Positions 38,660 to 51,700 of a stretch of 64,000 bases of DNA are shown one piece after another (the first letter of the stretch is position 1; every line of letters starts with the position of its first letter). Location of the stretch: assembly GCA_003427395.1 (NCBI GenBank), contig BFEA01000036.1, forward strand, positions 2,016,031-2,080,030, given 5' to 3'. This DNA is from Chara braunii (taxonomy: Eukaryota; Plantae; Charophyceae). The translations under genes were made by a program, and so were the position numbers. The notes below the pieces were generated by a model. That model did not search any database, was not told the origin of the DNA, and saw only the letters and a list, made by a program, of their open reading frames with translations.

Positions 38660-41600
38660 CCCTCATTCTCTCGTTGTCGAGCGCACGATCCCCTCATTAG
38701 GGGACCTTCCCGTTCACGTCACGTAGGGTTCGGCACGTCGCATACCAATAAGGAGCGTCGCCACTCTGGTCGAGTGCGCTAGCTATACCTCTCATGGGTT
38801 CTTACGATAGGATAGGGTCCCGCGAGGTACAACTTACCTTCACTCACGGGAGTTGTCACCATCCCTTGGGTGGGTGTATCCCCGTCGAGCTACCAACCCA
38901 CAGTACGAAAGTTTTTACATGCAATCGCAGAGGTGGACCAATCGATGATGTTTTCTCACAAGTTGTAGCAAAGGGGGTACACGTGGTGCCTCATCGAACC
39001 CGCACACGAGCCGACGCTTGGGGCACTGATCTCCCACTGGCAACCGCGACCCGTCGGTCGTCTAGGACATCACAACTACCACACATTTCACTCTTACAAA
39101 TATAATCTTTAAACATGATTTCTCTATGCCTAGTCCGCTTGCAAATATTAAAACTCATAACTTATATTTCACGCGAATAGACTGAGGCTCGCATGAAAAT
39201 GTACAAAAATAATCGGCATCATAAGCGAAATCATCATAACACTCAGTCATACGAAATCACATTATCAGTCGTCATGGCGACCCATTATGGGAAACCTATA
39301 AATGTGCGACCCTTTACGGAAATCGGGGTTGTGCATGACGGTTAAGTGTCGAACACAAAGTGTCGTGAAGGACATCTCTTTCACGATATTGAACGGCGGG
39401 AGGATAAGTCGTTCAACCCTCGTAGTGTCTCTGGTCTTGAGGCAATGCGCAATGCGTTAGTGTCCATCATATAATGAGAACCCTTATGTGTTGGACAAAA
39501 TCTGGAATGTCCTGGACAAGGACCTCAAATTTAAGTTTCAGGACCAACGTTCATCTAGACAAACAAACAAACAAGATCCTTACAACAAGATAGTTATAGA
39601 CGAAAGGGGGTGTAGAAAGATAGAGGATAAATCAGGTTAGGATTGTGCGGCATCATGTTGCCTTTCTCACAGTCACCATGCGGTGCTCGTCCATTGCCCT
39701 CGACAAGCATCCAACCACAACATCCCAGAAATCGTATCAAACTCTTAACAACTGACTTGCATAAAACATATACACATGCAGACGAAACTACATCGTAATA
39801 CACTGAACGGGATCAACCTTGTATCTCATGTCCCCTTAACTCACACCGGAAACCCAATCATTATCCGACTCCAAAATGATAGTCAACCCCTTTGAATGAA
39901 CCTTTTGATAGAAATGGGGTAAAATCCTAAGGACACCCGCAAACCCACAGGGCTAAGTTTTTAGGTTTGAGATACAAAAGTAGTTAGAAGCCAAGTCACA
40001 AACCTAATTGCTATCAATCAATAGCAGAAGTTTATGAAGTCCAAAATGTATGAAAGTACTTGCAGGTAGTGGTGACTTGTGTCACAAACCGAAGCAGGCG
40101 GCACCTGTCGAGTTCAAGTTAACGGAGATCGACTTTGTATCATACTCTCAATTATCTAACAGAGCGTCCTATAACGATATGAAAATAACATTTTTTTTTT
40201 TTTTAATACTTCCTCTACGGAAGTGTGCTCGCATAATATTTACTAAACGGAAGGAAACTCCCATAATTTCTACTAACTCAAAACCTCACCAAAATCTGAC
40301 AAAAGTAAGCACATACGAAGAAGACAACGTGGTAACAAAAATCGACGACTATATGACTATTGTTCAAGCACAAGACGAACACTAATAAACTAAGTTATCA
40401 GACTGAAATGACAAACATGTGAACAAAAAAACAGAATACACGAACATAATTCAAATCAATTGCTCAAAGCAAGGGTTCCTTGATTAAAATTCATCTTTAC
40501 ATTAATATGTGCAGACTCTTAAAAAAAACAATATCCTGTATCTAAATTAATAAGTTTTAAATTATTCAAGTTATTCTCATCCAAAAACATGCAAATAATC
40601 GAAGCATCCATTTAGATTGTCTCACAAAAAGACAAGTCTGGACTTTTTAACAAGTACACGATTGGACTATGATAGCAAAACGTCCGGATCAGTCGATACA
40701 ACATCTTGTCCAGGTTCATTCAACCTCTCAAACAAATGTTAACAAAGTGTCTGGATCATTCGATATGACATCACACCTAAACTCATTTCAAACTCTCAGG
40801 CAAACGTCAACAAAGTGTTCAAAGTGTCTTGATCAGACAATACGACATCATATCTAAACTCATTTCAAACTTTCAGGCAAACAAGAGCAAAGCGTCCGGA
40901 TCAATCGATGCGACATCACATCCAAACCCATTCAAACCATTCTCATAAACTAGTGCAAAACATCTGGATCAATCGATGCAACATCATATCTAGACTCATT
41001 CAAGATCCTCACAAGCAAGCAATAGCAAAGCACCTCGATCAATAGATATGACATCATGTCCATACCCATTCAGATCATCACATGCAGACATCAAGGAGTC
41101 CAATTCAAGCAAAATGAAATTAAAGAAGCATAGTAAAATTCTCTTTGATTTAGTTGAACTCCTAAGTTAAAGTCAAGGAAATAGACAAAAAGTCAAAGCT
41201 CAGTAAAATTGAATAAATGGTAGTATAGATAGGGATATACGGGATCCTAAGAGAAATCACGCTGGCCTACCTTACAGTTCGCTGCCTCCAGGATTCCGCC
41301 TGAACCCTCGCAGAGCTCCCGCAATCAGTGGGTCAACCCCGACAAGCCTTGACGTGATCTTGTGGGTTGTAATCCCACTTGCTGCCTTCCTCTCTTGAAC
41401 AACAGATTAGGCTTAAATTAAGAGGGAAAGAAAGAGTAATCTCATTCTCTCAAGATACGAGAAAGAGTCACTTAGACTCGCATGCAGAGGACCTTGTTGC
41501 CTTTGGATCCTAAGGGTCCCGCGATGTTGGCCAATCACTGAACTTGGAGTCTTAGGTCGTGGATGTTGCAACGAAACTATTACTGCAATAAGTACAATCT

Positions 41601-41760
41601 TCAACCCTTCTGTTGCAGTCCAACCTCTGACAAAAGACCCGGTAGCACTAACATCAATCAGTAGTAGCAGTGCTCTAATGCATAGCAAGGACCGCTGTCA
41701 AATGCACAACCGCGAGGTGAGTCAGCACGACTTGGAAAATTGATGAGTACGACGTAGCAA
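38660..41760 (-). mobile_element. Repeat element A (possibly LTR-retroelement-derived, non-coding); right boundary uncertain
   Basis: 38660-39075 is homologous to 44145-44545 and 41270-41540 is homologous to 48250-48510, in the same order and orientation. Confidence 0.6.
40670..41075 (-). repeat. Array of six ~67-bp units, each folding as a two-tier stem-loop
   Basis: Consensus AGCAAAGY-GTCYGGAT-CAATC-GATR-YRA-CATC-AY-ATCYARAC-YCATTCAA. Confidence 0.85.
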
Positions 41761-41778
41761 TGATGAAAGCAATTGCAT

Positions 41779-42010
41779 TGTGATGACGGGGAGAGTGGCG
41801 ATCACCACACGATCTCGCTACGCAAGAAATTCCCCCTCTCTCTCTCATCATCTACTTACCTCTGCCCGACGTACCTAGCCAAGGTACCAGAAAAATTCAC
41901 TACTTTCTCCTTCTTTGCACTTAGCAAATGTTACTCCCACAAGACGCACTATATTCTCCTCTTCAATGCACCTTACCAACACTCCTAGTGGGGATCACGT
42001 TCTTATCACA
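41779..42010. mobile_element. Possible short solo-LTR-like insertion
   Basis: Termini TGTGATGA...TTATCACA (TG..CA, near-inverted). No clear TSD. Confidence 0.3.
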
Positions 42011-42833
42011 GCGCATCGACGACTTCGAACTGACAAGCAAAACCACAAACTCGGACCACAATAGTACAAGAGCGACCACAAAGCTTACTTATGGTCACCG
42101 CATGCACAAGGAGAGCAACCACATCCATGATAAAGGTGAATACAAACACTATTACAGACCACGTTCCACTGCTTACACATCTTCGGCATGAGAATGAATC
42201 GCCCGCCAGAACACGGAAAGATGCACCGCTATTTGTCGTTATTTTATTTTTTTTTACCTTTATTTTGTCACTATTATCTCATCTATGCTTGTGGTCGGCC
42301 TTTAAACCTTGATTCGGTCAACTTTCCCTTGTCCTTCGTCTTCGTTGTCTCTCCACTCCCTCCTCCCATTTTCCTTCACCCCATTCGTTCCGCTCTTCTT
42401 CCCGTCGAAACTTACTAACCTCGCACGAACCCTCCGTTCCTCATACCGACCAAACATTACTCGAATCAAAATTCTGGAGCGAACATCTAATTCGACAAGC
42501 GTCAAAACCCCTACTTAGCATTTTACTTGCCAAAAATAGTCAAGAATTGGCCGAGAGGCATTACTTCCAATTCTCCTTTTCTTTCATTTTCGTCTTCTCC
42601 GCGCATGCCCTTTTCTCTTCTAACTTCCTCTCTGCTACTCTAACACTAACACTAACACCACCACCGAACTCGTCCAACCTAAGAACCCTTGTTTCACACT
42701 TTCTCTCGCTCGATCTCATAAAAAAAACGAACGAGGTAGTTGTTTTTCACCTTTGCCACATTCACCATCTCCTTCATCGTCGTCCTCGTCTTCTTCGTCT
42801 TCGATCCGACAACGCTCAGCCTGGTTTGCTCCA

Positions 42834-43509
42834 CAACTCCAACTATTGCGAGGGAAACTTCCAAGAGAACCATCCACTAACCGGTTTGATTAGCCTTTTG
42901 CCCTTATACCCGAGTCCGACGAACCATTTACACGTCAGTATTGTTGTGAGCCGCTGCCAGAGTTCCTACCGGCCTTGCCCTGCTTAGGCATAGTAGTTCA
43001 CCATATTTCGGGTCTCAACTGGCTTGCTCACACTCACCTCTTACAACAAATCATTGTTGGCGGACGACACACCCGCAAGGGGGATTCCGCCACCTAGGTT
43101 TCTTCCGCCTCGTGGGCTAAGCACCCACCGACTCACATGCACATTTGAACCCCTCGGTCCATGTATCAAGACGGGCACGATAAAGGAATCTCGCCAGCAT
43201 CTCGAATATGCAAGAACCCGAACGGGTCCGCCAAAACATGCGCGTGCTGAAGGTCCTCGACTGCCATGACGACCACCCGTGGGGATTTCAATTGCTCCCC
43301 ACTTCAATGCCGCCCACAACAACCCATGTCGTCAGGTAACCCAGATCCTAACAAGGGGGTGACAATCCGGTAACCGTCCCCCATTGCTCTACGCTCGACA
43401 AATTCGAGCACTCTTCAATTCTCTTTTCAAAGTTCTTTTTTTCATATTTCTCTCGTGGTACTTCTTCACTACCAGTCTGTCGCACGTATTTAGCCTTGAA
43501 TATGTTTAC
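42834..43509 (-). pseudogene. 26S rRNA: Heavily diverged 26S/28S rRNA 5'-region fragment (~675 bp)
   Basis: Antisense LSU landmarks in the expected order: gagggaaacttc, gattagccttttgcccttataccc, ggcatagt..ttcaccat.tttcgggtc, gt.tcaagacggg, cttttcaaagttctttt, gtatttagccttg. Confidence 0.9.
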
Positions 43510-43639
43510 TTTAGCTTCACTTGGTTCGAACTCACATCCGTAATTCAACAGTTCATGGACGTACCAACTGGGGTATGTCAGTCGGTTCCACAATCGGTCC
43601 CTGAGCCGTTAAAAAAACAGGACCTTATTAATACGGTAA

Positions 43640-43900
43640 AATAAAGATAAATATAAAAATAAAAATGGGGAGGGGATGACGAGGAGGAAAAACGGGAACC
43701 CGATGGCAGCCTCTTGGTCCCGCTAGTCGGATCCGTACTCGGGACCCCTTGACCCCTCAGCCTCCTCCAATAACGCTCCTTCCCTCAAGTGTTGCTTTCT
43801 GGCCTCGATCCCTGAACGTGTCTGGTAAAAGTCAAATGTCGTACCCACTAATGTCAAACCCAAATCTGGATTTGGCCCGTGCAAACTTCCTGATTAACGG
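43640..43900. repeat. Dispersed repeat related to 53400-53720
   Basis: A-rich tract, then gggg-gagg, then acccctcag.ct.ct...aacgctcct.c...tgttg..t.ctggcct.gatccc...ctggt..aagt..aatg.cgta.c...cccaa.tctgg in both copies. Confidence 0.6.
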
Positions 43901-44139
43901 TATCCACATATTGGTCGTATCGAGGTTTACCAACGAAACCAACACCTACAAGCCATCGACCCTATATCGAAATCGCGACGCACAGTCAAAGCGGCGCCGA
44001 CTTGTGTTTTAACATACTGTGGGCCCTGCAAACCGGCCCGACCGTACAAAAAACAAACTAAGAATAAAAACCAGGATCAAAATAATAAACGACATAAAAT
44101 AATAATAAAAACTATAACTTATCCGTTGTGGCCTCGCTA

Positions 44140-47100
44140 GCCCAGACATTTATCGCGTTGTCGAGCGCATCGGTCCCGCTAGGGGACCCTCCCGGCCGCG
44201 TCACGCAGGATTTGGCAGGACTTCCGTCGCGGAGAGTGAAGTGCCGCTCCGGCCGAGTGCGCCAGCCGTACCTCTCGCGAGTCCCTGCGACAGGACAGAG
44301 CCACGCGAGGCACCGCTTTACCTCCACCTGCGGGAGCTGTCACCATCCCTTAGGTGGGCGTATCCCCGCCGAGCTACTGAACCACATGCAAAAACTTTTC
44401 GTATGCAATTGTAGAGGTGGCCCAGCCGAGGGCGTTTCTCGTTCGCTGTAGCATAGGGGGAAATCGAACCCGCACGCGAATCGACGTTTTGGGGGGCTGA
44501 GGTCCCAAACGCGACTCGGCGCTGGTCGACTAGGACGCATCACGCACACTACGCGTACACCACAACACTCACATCTACCCACACATAACACATGGAAAAA
44601 CAAAAAACAAAACACAACATCACAACACTCCTAGTCCCTTCAGTATCTGACCCATAACTTCATGGTGTGGAAATCGGTAAGTGTCGCGCGCGCGGGTTAA
44701 CATAAGGCCGCGCGACCACATGACTTACGCATATCGACCAACAATGCGGGTTTTGCGTAAGCAATCGTGATGTCGGCGCACCATGTAGTGCCCATACCCG
44801 AGTGACCTCGTTTAAGCCATGGGGTCGCTTTCGATGCTCAGGCGTCGGCTGAAGCGCACACTAAAGGGGGTAAACCTTTAGCGAGCGCAAAAACCGGCCT
44901 GAGGGCCTTACCGTCTTCAGCACCTTGAGGTGTCCTAAAGGGTGCGTGGTAAGATGGTCCCTAGGACAGAAAGGGATTCGGAGCGGTGGTGAGTTGTCTG
45001 GCGCATCACCAGCGACACGCTAATCCTTCCGCCCGGAACTTTATCGTTCCACCAAAGCAAATTAAACAAGGAAAGAGAAAAGAGGCGCTTGACGCTAGCA
45101 GAAGAAGACATGAATGCGAGTTGCTGTGGGTCAGTCCCTCCTCCTTGCGGCTCTTCAATTTCCCTAGGGCAGTAAGTAGGTCAGAGTTGTGCGAAGGGTA
45201 ATCCCTTCAGCCCCGAACCTAGGACCTGGGACTAATGTTTGACCATATAAAATCAAAAAGTAGAAGAGAGTCGTAAGCGTGCGGTCGCATATCTTTGTGA
45301 GGGTTATCCGAGCGTACGCCTACTTTGACCATTAAAANNNNNNNNNNNNNNNNNNNNNNNNNNNNNNNNNNNNNNNNNNNNNNNNNNNNNNNNNNNNNNN
45401 NNNNNNNNNNNNNNNNNNNNNNNNNNNNNNNNNNNNNNNNNNNNNNNNNNNNNNNNNNNNNNNNNNNNNNNNNNNNNNNNNNNNNNNNNNNNNNNNNNNN
45501 NNNNNNNNNNNNNNNNNNNNNNNNNNNNNNNNNNNNNNNNNNNNNNNNNNNNNNNNNNNNNNNNNNNNNNNNNNNNNNNNNNNNNNNNNNNNNNNNNNNN
45601 NNNNNNNNNNNNNNNNNNNNNNNNNNNNNNNNNNNNNNNNNNNNNNNNNNNNNNNNNNNNNNNNNNNNNNNNNNNNNNNNNNNNNNNNNNNNNNNNNNNN
45701 NNNNNNNNNNNNNNNNNNNNNNNNNNNNNNNNNNNNNNNNNNNNNNNNNNNNNNNNNNNNNNNNNNNNNNNNCAACTCACACCCTGCCTTACGCACACAA
45801 GCCCAACCTTTTCCCCACCTTTCCATAACAAAGATACTCAGTCTTTAAAGAAATGACCATTTATAAAGAATCTAGGTGAAAATCCAAGAAAACAATAAAC
45901 CAGCAAGGGCCAAGGCCTTAGGTTGAGAAGCAGAAGTAGTAGGAAAGTTGAGTCGTAAACCGACGAATCAGCAACCGACCTGTTATCAATGATAACAGAA
46001 GAATAATCCTTAACAGGATTATGCTGGCCAGATCAATCCTTCAACCGAGTTACAAAGACCTGCATCACAGTACAGGCCAAAGAAAACCACTACTACGTTT
46101 ACCTCACATGGAGAATACTTTATAGCTCGTATCCTAGCTCCTCTACTAGTCTCAAACTCAGCTCCTCTTTTCTAATATGGGTCTTGAGAAATTTGGCAGC
46201 ATCTCCCCTATTCAGGGTGGACTTGCAAGTTTCTCCTAGCATAAATTATTCTAACTCCTCGATTTCTACGAAATTTCGGCAGCGCTTCCCGTAGGAAAAG
46301 TGCCTTTTCAGAATTTCCGAAAGCCCAAAAATGACTAACTCTTTCAGATTTGTAGAAATTTCGGCAGCGCTTCCCGTAGGAAAAGGAGGCTGCCAAGATT
46401 TATACAAAGCTAAAAATANNAAGACAAAGCAANACTATACTTGGGACTAACTTCTGACGCTTACTTTGGAAGGTNGAATCAGTGATAGTCTGNNCGACCT
46501 CTAGATGAGAGCGTGAGCTANCACTGATCCTAACTCCTAGCAGAGNCAAGTCCTATCTTATCCCAAGTTTTTNTCCCATCATCCATCTTATCTGCCTATG
46601 GCTCCAGCACTCAGCGAGCATCTAAAGCAACTAATCCTATCAGAAGATGTCCCAGAGTGAGAGCCCGCAAACACACACAAACAATCACAACGAACATCTC
46701 TCACCAACCCTCAGGTTTCTTTCAACCTCATAGTTCGTTCAAAAAACCTCGTTATTCACTTTTACATCCCCCTTTCCTATGGCATACGGTGAGACAAAGC
46801 CCTAACTCTATGGTATGCCTGACCTGCCTAGGTACACGAGTAAGGCACACACATTTGGACTGCCCTAACCCTAGGGTGTGCCCAACATGACAGGAACTAT
46901 ACACATAAGGCATATGCCTAACTAACAACAAGCGCATAGGACTGGGCTGTCCTAACCCTAGGGTATGCCCAGTCTGCTTTAAACAAAGTTACATACGACA
47001 TCATTCTAGACCATCCCTACCCAGGGGTAGGTCTAGCTTGCCTGAACATAAGTACAAACGACAAAAAGTTGAACCGCCCTAACCCTAGGGTACGTCCAAC

Positions 47101-48740
47101 CCACAGCACATCAACGACAAAGGCATGTTACTAGGCCGCCCTAACCCTAGGGTACGCCTAGTTAGCCATACAATTTAAGTTACATAAGGCAATATGATCA
47201 GGCTGCCCTAGCCCTAGGGTGTGCCTGATCTACCTGAACAGTTATAAACACCAAAACGCTGGACCGCCCTAACCCTAGGGTACGTCCAACTTACATTAAA
47301 CGACAAAGGCTTATCACTAGGCCGCCCTAACCCTAGGGTACGCCTAGTTAGCCATACAACAGAAAATAGGGTACAAATACTTCCACAGACTTTATGTTTT
47401 TCCTCCTCTTGTTAGGCAGTCAATCGGACCTTTCCAACTTGTGGAACTTCCGATTCAGCCTCATGTCTAGAAGGGGAAATAAAATCAGATTTATACTAAC
47501 TCTCTGCTCCTTAGTGTTATCATGAGCATATAACTGAACCGCCCTAACCCTAGGGTACGTTCTGTCTGCCCAGTTACCTTCGTTTTACTCTTCATCTCTT
47601 TCCCTTTTTTTTAGTTCTACCTGACTCACTGACTGGCTTTCCCCACCCGGGGCGCCCAGTCTGTCAGATGTATAAGTTCAAATTGTATATATATCAAGTT
47701 TTATACTCTGGTTGACCATTTAGTTCATGGCTCATGGCTAAGCCGCCCTAACCCTAGGGTACGCTTAGTCTTATGCCGTTACTCCCTCAAAAGAAAACAC
47801 GCACCACAACTCATTAAAATAAACACCAGGATTTTGAGCCTTCCCCACCCGGGGTGCCCGTCCTCCTGTTCAGAAACCCTCAAATAAAACAGCGACTGAT
47901 CCTATCCCACCCGGGTGGACCAGCCATAAAAGTCATTCATTCAATACAACAAACCTCAACAAAACATAGCACTGAGCCCACATCCACCCGGAGGGACTCA
48001 ACCTGGGTTTGACCCGGTCAGACGCATGCAAAAACTCCTTCATCCGACCTTCCCCCAATTCCTTTGTCTGAATTCTCTCAAAAGTTATTTGAATTCTCAT
48101 ATATACTTGTTTATTAAACCTTTGCATCGCATGTCCTGACAAACATAGCAAACCAGAAAAAAGTAATAACCTTTCGTAATTATATTTAGATACCCAAAGG
48201 AATAATAGTAGTTAGGGAAAAGTATCACACGCGTCAGGCGAAAGTTATACCTGAGTGTTCCCTGCCTCCAGAACCCTGCCTGGGCTTCGGCAGAGCTCCC
48301 GCAATCGGTGAGGCAACCTCCCATAGAGGCCTTGGCGCGGACCTATGGGTTGCAATCCCGCCTGCCGCTTCCCTCTCGGCACCAAAAGACTAGACTGAGA
48401 CTTAGAAAGGCAGAAAGAGAAATAAGTCAGACTCTCAGATGGGTGCTCTCAGACTCGCGTGAGAGGGCCTTGAAGCCTTGACTCGCCTGAGGGCCCCGCA
48501 ATTGTGCCCAAGGGAATGTAATAGAGAGGAACAAATCATAGTCTGGATGTCGAACAACAGCTTCCAACAGCCTTCCGTGCTGCAGCAGTAACCCCTCTTC
48601 TGTCGTATCTGATCACATTCTAAGCTACCCCGCCTCAACACGTGGAAAGGGCCGCGTTCGAATAAAGCACACCCCTGTGCCCTATTCAGATTCAGGCCAT
48701 AGCAGCCTAGTGCAGCGGCGATGTACAATAGCAACGCGCA
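44140..48740 (-). mobile_element. Repeat element B, same family as element A (contains an N gap; boundaries uncertain)
   Basis: Two homology blocks shared with element A; no intact ORF. A donor-like CAG|GTATAA at ~48250 lies 5' (minus strand) of the hairpin array. Confidence 0.6.
46791..48000 (-). repeat. Array of ~15 covarying stem-loops with a conserved ACCC (minus strand GGGU) loop
   Basis: Core CGCCCTA-ACCC-TAGGGTAC flanked by unit-specific complementary 6-8-bp arms, mostly ~60-66-nt spacing in the main block 46855-47348. Confidence 0.92.
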
Positions 48741-51700
48741 TCAATAGTATGAAACATGGTAAGATCAAAATGTAACAGTGGCCAAGTACTCAGCCTCAGC
48801 GTCCAACTTCCAATTACCGCGACCACTCACTATCCCCTCAACTTAGTAACCAACCAACCGTTAGCAAGGTGTTCAAGGCCAGCAACCCACAGGCTCACAA
48901 CAACAGACCAGACCACTAGCAGCCCACTGGTGCAGAAACCCGCAACAGCCGCCTCCTGATTGCCCAACAGTCATAGTCCGCCGTTGTTGGGGCTACAACG
49001 CCTTCGCCTGAGTGCACAGTATCAACACCGTTTGCCCCAAGCATAGTATGCATGGTAATCGAACACAGCAGTCAATAAAAAGCAGAGTCCCAGATAACAC
49101 GGACTGGCCTTGCACCAAATACACAGGCAGGATCTGTCTGTTCATGGGTACAATCAGGAATACACAGTCGCTGCCCCTCACCGACACGTTGGCTCACGCC
49201 CGGTCCTTCTGCAGCTAGCCGGGGCAGATTTTGAAATCCTCAGACCACAAAGGCAACAACAAATAAGAGAATCTGTCAGCAGCAACTTACGTAAGACCCA
49301 GCCGTGGCAGCTCATGGACATTAGGTAGGGGTGGCAATCCAATTATCAAGAAGAGTAGCTCTAAGGACAGTCAACAATCTTGAAATTGAGCAAAACAGCA
49401 ATAGCTCCTCCTGCGGTGCTATAGCAACGATAGCTCCCAGACTATAGTAGTGGCAACCCGCCGCAGTTGCCTTGCTGTCATAGCGACACCTTACTGTGTA
49501 ATCACGAGGAGTTGAAGTCAATCAGTTTAGATGCTACTACTGGATGTCAACNGTNCGTATGTTGCAGCTCAAGAATTTCGCTGCCTTGACTGCCGCCTGA
49601 AAACAAAGCACAGAGGCCAACAACAACTTGTAGGCAGACCTCAACAGCGGCCNCAACGCCAACTTGCGTTGAGGTGCAGCGGTAGTCAAGGCTTAGCGGG
49701 TAGCAGCACTTCAAAGTCAGAACTAGTAGCATCAACTTGAAGCAATGAATTCACTCTTCCAACTGCATGTCGACCCCCCCCCCTTCAGTCTTACCTCCAT
49801 CTTGACTTCTTTCTCCCTTATGGGCCTCCCTCTTTAGGGACTCTTCTCCCTTATAATGAACCCAGCCTTACTGTTGTCCTGGTGCACATGAACTAATAAC
49901 AAGAGCGTGCACTCGCCCCTCATTCCATCAGGTGAGTGCCTTTGCTCCCCACACCCTCATTTTCGCCCTGTTGATATCAATGCGCCTGTGCACGTTAATA
50001 CTGCTATATAGGTAAGCTTCTCCCTTTTCCTCTTTTACTGCGTTTACTCACCCTGCCGATACCGTACTTTCCCTCTCTCCATACTCCCACAGATTCTCTC
50101 TCGTTGCTCTGCTTGCCGCCTTCGTAGCATTGCCGTTCTTCCTCGCCCTCGAGCACTTCACCTAGTCCCTAATGAACCCAGCTGAGCCACTGGCCAGATG
50201 CATTCCTTTTTTTTTCTTTTTTCTTTTTAATAGCAGCCAGAGAGTCGAGTAGCCTGGGGAGAGTGTCGTAGCCGATGCAAACTCGGAGGCGGGCGATAAT
50301 GAGCCAACCACAACGGTGAGCACCTCGATCCCGATTACGACAACGAGGACCATGATCCCGATGCTCGAAAAAAATCACGACGATGAGCTGGAACGCGTGA
50401 CCAAGTGCCACGCTCCACTACTCATATGTGCAATATTAGAATGAGTCTGTTGCTAGAACGTGGAGAGGTATGATGCCTTCCAGTCGTACGTGCAAATGAA
50501 TGAGTCTCCCGCAAGATCTTAAGAAGATACATTCAGATGATGGACGAAATCACCAGCAACAGGTAAGTCTCCAACCCGACGGTGAAGAGCGCCACCGGAT
50601 CACGAGCGCTGACACGAACAGCAGATGATTACCTTCGAATCTGTCGCTGAGCTGGCCACCATGAGCACCACACTTCACACCCCTCCTGCTCTCTAGTGCC
50701 TCATGTGCCCTCCTTCTCTTTCGCTTCCCAATCTCCTCCTTACTACTACACCGCCTTCAAGTCTCATGCGCAGAGCGATAGAGAGTGGCTACTTCCCTGG
50801 GCCGGACGAGAGAAGTCGAGTGAATCTCCTGCCTGATCGTGGGAAGATGCACCCGCCATCCTCACACGCGCAGCCTTTACCGTTGATACTGACCAGACCG
50901 TCGCTCAATTGGGAATTCTAACATGACCATCTGTTCCGGAACATGTAAAAACCCCAATTTCGAGTCTTACCTCGCTTGATTCTGTTGAGAATCGGGCGAG
51001 ATATGCTCGTTTCTCTTCTCGTCTTTCGCCCGTCCGCCATCTCTCGCGCACGTATTTTTCTTCTAACCTCCCTTCCTGCACAACTAGCACCAAAAACTAA
51101 CACTACTACTGCGCTCGCCCTGTCCCAGAACCCCGCCTACCACTTTCCCCCACTTGGTTTCGTTAAGAAACGAGCATGGTATAGCAGTTTATTCCCGCCA
51201 TAGCCTTTCGTCTGGTTGCTTTCTCCTTCCTTACCTGCAGATGTATCTAGCGCGAGATCGCGCCCAGATGCATCTGCCTTTATACCAGCCTGTTGAACTA
51301 AGCACGGGTTGCACACTGCTGTCCCTGCGTGCTTCCACCAGCGCCACCTGCTTTGGCCCATCACTCTACTTCGGGCAGTGGCCCATCACCCCTCTAATCC
51401 CATTGGCATGCTCACACTCAATCCTCTCACACTTAGATGGGCCACAGATACCCTAGCCGTGCCCCTCTTTTCCTTGATGCGAGCGCAGTGCCTAGTGGCA
51501 GCTAATCCGATAGCAGCCCAACTGAGAAGTGAAGCTTCATAAGGCTTTGCTGTCGGACCGGGTAGTCTTTAATACTCATCCTACTCGAGCTGTGACCGCT
51601 GGCCACGGCAGCGAACACACCAACCTTCTGCTGGCCAGGATCAAAAGCTGCACACAACCACCCTTGCCTACGGGTCATTCTAATACTCCTTGTACCAAGG

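Noticed and set aside
46861-47762. Interstitial telomere or telo-box (CCCTAACCCTA)
   Set aside because: Never more than two units, and variant hairpins lose the telomeric sequence while keeping the stem and ACCC loop.
46791-48000. CRISPR array
   Set aside because: Eukaryotic context with no cas genes. Repeats vary in their stems and the spacers are related to each other (duplicated pair).
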